Below the pieces are notes generated by a model. It worked only from the letters and a program-made list of their open reading frames with translations. It was not told the origin of the DNA and searched no databases. From assembly GCA_002633005.1 (NCBI GenBank), contig NMRA01000244.1, forward strand, positions 568,482-608,628: 40,147 nucleotides of DNA, given 5' to 3'. Of the stretch, positions 36,683 to 40,147 are shown in pieces (position 1 is the stretch's first letter; each line of letters begins with the position of its first letter). The stretch is from Phoronis australis (Eukaryota > Animalia > Phoronida). Made by a program: the position numbers and the translations under genes.

Positions 36683-36784
36683 CAGTCACACTTGCTGTTC
36701 TATTCACAGTGAATCCTCCCTCATTAGCAAACAGTCACACTTGCTGTTCTATTCACAGTGAACCCTCCCTTATTAGCACACAGT
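36683..36784. repeat. 49-bp tandem repeat x2
   Basis: CAGTCACACTTGCTGTTCTATTCACAGTGAA.CCTCCCT.ATTAGCA.A at 36683 and 36732. Confidence 0.9.
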
Positions 36785-37011
36785 ATAGCCGAAGAGTGAA
36801 ATTCTAGTTTTTTAACTTTGTCCATAAAACTGAAGATTAAGAGCCTTTTAGTCAACTAGCGCCACCGTTTGTACAGTGAAGAAGTTACAAAACAACTTTT
36901 GGTAAATTTTTACTATTTGAAACAAAGAAATCTGGCTTTGAAAACTGGAAAAATGATAATTGCGACAATTATTTTTGAGTGAAATACAGGGATAATCACG
37001 ACAACCATCAT

Positions 37012-37616
37012 GGCTCCATTCCAAGAAACTGACTTAAGTTCATTTTTGAGTAAAGTCTAACATTTGTCTTAACTTCCAAATTTTGAAACTTCCACATCCG
37101 TTAAGTTAGACAAAAATAAAGACGAATTTGCATACTCCTAACTATGCTAGTATATAGCAGGAACTAAACAACAATGCTATTTGAACATCATCTGCGCTAA
37201 ATAAAGTGTAGTTGGATTCATTGGCATCTTGTAAATGTGAAAACAAAAAAATATGCAAATAGGTGACCTTTGCACTTATGACCTTGGGGGCTCATAAAAC
37301 AAACAGCATGCAGTGTTATTCCACACCATGTCACGATACTTACTGGAGACGGTTGAGTGACTTACAGCGATCATTTTGCTACACACACATTTGGTGATTT
37401 TCAACCTTCTTTGTCTTTACATTATCACTGCATGTTGTGTTTCTAACTAATTTGGCCAAGCAATCACAGAGATAAGGAATTAGCCTGCAAGTTCCACTTT
37501 AAGACAAAACTTAAGTCAAACTTTCTTTCTTGAAACAGACATATAAAATTTTTGTCTTAAAATTGACTGAAATTTAAGATTAGTCTTAGCAAAGTCAGTT
37601 TTCTTGGAATGGAACC
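37012..37616. mobile_element. MITE with ~24-bp terminal inverted repeats (PIF/Harbinger-like), probably carrying a nested insertion
   Basis: Left GGCTCCATTCCAAGAAACTGACTT; right end reverse complement GGTTCCATTCCAAGAAAACTGACTT. GTCTTAA/TTAAGAC subterminal motifs near both ends. Confidence 0.75.
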
Positions 37617-39917
37617 CTGCTCTTTAAGTCCACAACAAAGAAAAAAGTTTGTATGAGGTCCTTGCCTCCAACTAAACACAACTTACGGACATATGAGGAG
37701 GAAACAGAAGACACATACAACTTATTCCAATACATTTAATTTGAAAAACTTGAGAAAACGGCAGGCAGTTTCTAGTCCGTAACCAACATCAACTGTGTTT
37801 AGTTAAAAACCAATAATTTTGAAAAAACCCAACCACGCTTATATTTCATTGTACCCATAACTAGTGAAGCGAACATGAGCAAACTGATAAATGCACTGAT
37901 GTCTGCCTGGCAGCCAAACACACGACGATTCAATAGTGGTGTAAATTCATTACAGGGTGATTTACAATGTTTTTTCCATTCAATGTAAGTAAAAAATACG
38001 TGACAGTGTAATCACGGTTAGTTTCTGGTCACCTAATAGCTGGTTCCACAATATCTTCACCCTACCATAATGATGAAAATACCACAGAATACCCTCTTGC
38101 TTAGTTATAAGAGGAAATTCTGCAATATTTTAGTTTGATACCAATGATACTGACACCATAATCGCCCTGTATCCTAGTTGTGCTCAAGGCACTCTCAGAC
38201 TTAGAACACATTTGCCAAGGACGTTGAACTATATCCGACAGTCAATAAATTCACGAGAACATAAACAGCTAACACACTGAAGACTCCCCAGCTCACTATC
38301 TATGACTAGAGTTGATACAACAGAGCTACACATGGCACAACCTGACTACACTGCTGACATAGAATGACACAAATAAACAAAGTTAACGTACGGACATAAT
38401 CTACAGGTAGATTGACTTTATGAAAGTTCCGCTCATTTTTTTCCATGCCCTACTTGTTGGTGATGAACTGACCAAACATTATTGAAACACGACAAGACTA
38501 TTTTTTGCCAGTCAGTGAAAAATGTAGACAAAACGCTACAGAAAAATATTTGGATTGCTTGTTATAGCCCAGTTTAACAGTTTTAAACTCTTGACTTGCC
38601 TTGCAGAACGTGATATACATGACAAATTCCCAGAATAGAAATTATGATAATTAGTCATCGACGGCCTACTTTTACTAGAGAGTCTATAAGAGCTAAGAAG
38701 CCAACCTTTCAAGTAAAAGCATGCCCCTGATAGATAATAATTATTATTTCAACAATGTAAATAGCACCACATATGAACATTCATTCCATTAAGTTCCCAG
38801 AAGTCAAGACAGAACAGCAACGCCATCTGGCATGCTAATGTATCACTAAGTCCAATAGTTATTGGGAAACTTTTACATAAACTATTGACAGAGTAGATAA
38901 TAGGCCCAAGAGACACTTGTAACCTTTCTGAGAGTTCAGTATGCTGCAACAGTGGCTATACTCTTGCCACGTGTGTATACACATAATGTTTCATGGCACA
39001 CAGTGAAACATGATGTGTGTGTGTACATAATGCTTCATGGCACACTGCGAAACAAGTTGAATCACAATACTTACAATAAGCAGAACAAGACAAAAGCAAT
39101 CGGACAAAATACCATTTCTCTGTCATGACGGCTAAATAATTTCTGTTGAAAACAAAAATGACTCCTAATGATTAGTATGGGCACAAAATTCCATATACAG
39201 AATGGCATAACCAACCTCTGACCATTCCCATTAACCTCTGACCTTTCCCATTAATACTCCTTCAGTCTAGTTCATGAGAGCGACTTTTGACAATGAATTC
39301 GGATTCCACTCAAACATAATGATGGGCAATTACAGGACATTTGTTTTGACTATTTTTGACATGCACTGTTCATTGTTAACAGTAAGGATATATACAATAT
39401 GTTGGCAGATACAATATACAATGTTTACAAACATGGCCAAGTAACTTGGCAGCAACCCTTCTGACCTACAAAACTGGTTCAAACACAACAGTGCCACCTG
39501 TTGTCTGGCTTGACTACACCAAGCTGGTCAACGCAGACCACCTCTGTGTTCTATAAAACTGGTTTTGTAGGCATGATAGATACAACACACAGTGTTTACA
39601 AACACGACTCGTATTTACAACAAGCTGTACAGTAAGCACCACCGTAGTCTACTATAAGTGAAACAAATAAGTTTGACACAGCAGAGCCCTAACGTAAAGA
39701 GTCATACTTTGGAATGTTAGATTCAATCCAAGTCAAATCTGGCAACATAATCCCATCTACTGCACAGCAACTTGACCATCATCAAATCTAAACTATTTCA
39801 TTTAGATCCAGAGCAAAATTAAACAGAGTGCAACTCCTCATAAAATCTCACTTCCTATTGCAACATGGTGACTCAGATCAATAGTTCCCAAGCACTGGGC
39901 TGTACACAAGCACCGCT

Positions 39918-40147
39918 TCCAAGTCTGGTGAATGCACTACGACTATCACCATCGGTGATGGCACTTGGACCTCTCAGTGGAGACATGCTCACACTAGGCA
40001 GAGATATGTCTGCATAGAAACACTGTCTCCAAGCCTGGTGAATGCACTACGACTACCACCATCGGTGATGGCACTTGGACCTCTCAGTGGAGACATGCTC
40101 ACACTAGGCAGAGATATGTCTGCATAGAAAAACTGTCTCCAAGCCTG
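39918..40147. repeat. 110-bp tandem repeat, 2+ units, runs off the window end
   Basis: TCCAAG.CTGGTGAATGCACTACGACTA.CACCATCGGTGATGG...GAAA.ACTGTC at 39918 and 40028; a third unit starts at 40138. Confidence 0.95.

Overview
AT-rich animal (probably marine invertebrate) genomic DNA, not prokaryotic. The one intact gene I can reconstruct is a five-coding-exon C2H2 zinc-finger gene on + (25781-26275, 26645-27318, 27805-27937, 29891-30056, 31130-31416; 1755 nt, 584 aa). All four introns are GT-AG with matching phases (0, 2, 0, 1). The protein has 8 fingers, an unrecognised N-terminal domain, a basic NLS and an acidic tail. The rest is mostly transposon debris and repeats: a decayed THAP + DDE (Kolobok/Mutator-like) transposase upstream of the gene, a 3' fragment of a restriction-like-endonuclease (Hero-like) LINE just downstream, MITE/foldback elements, an NHL-repeat pseudogene fragment, a CUB-like antisense relic in intron 4, and several minisatellites. 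One 60-bp minisatellite multiplies the exon-3 splice donor of the zinc-finger gene. Two near-identical tandem duplications (about 3.1 kb and 0.72 kb) are each joined by a single N and are probably uncollapsed haplotypes. All family assignments come from motif recognition by eye; no searches were run. I found no convincing wholly new system, but several features merit follow-up.
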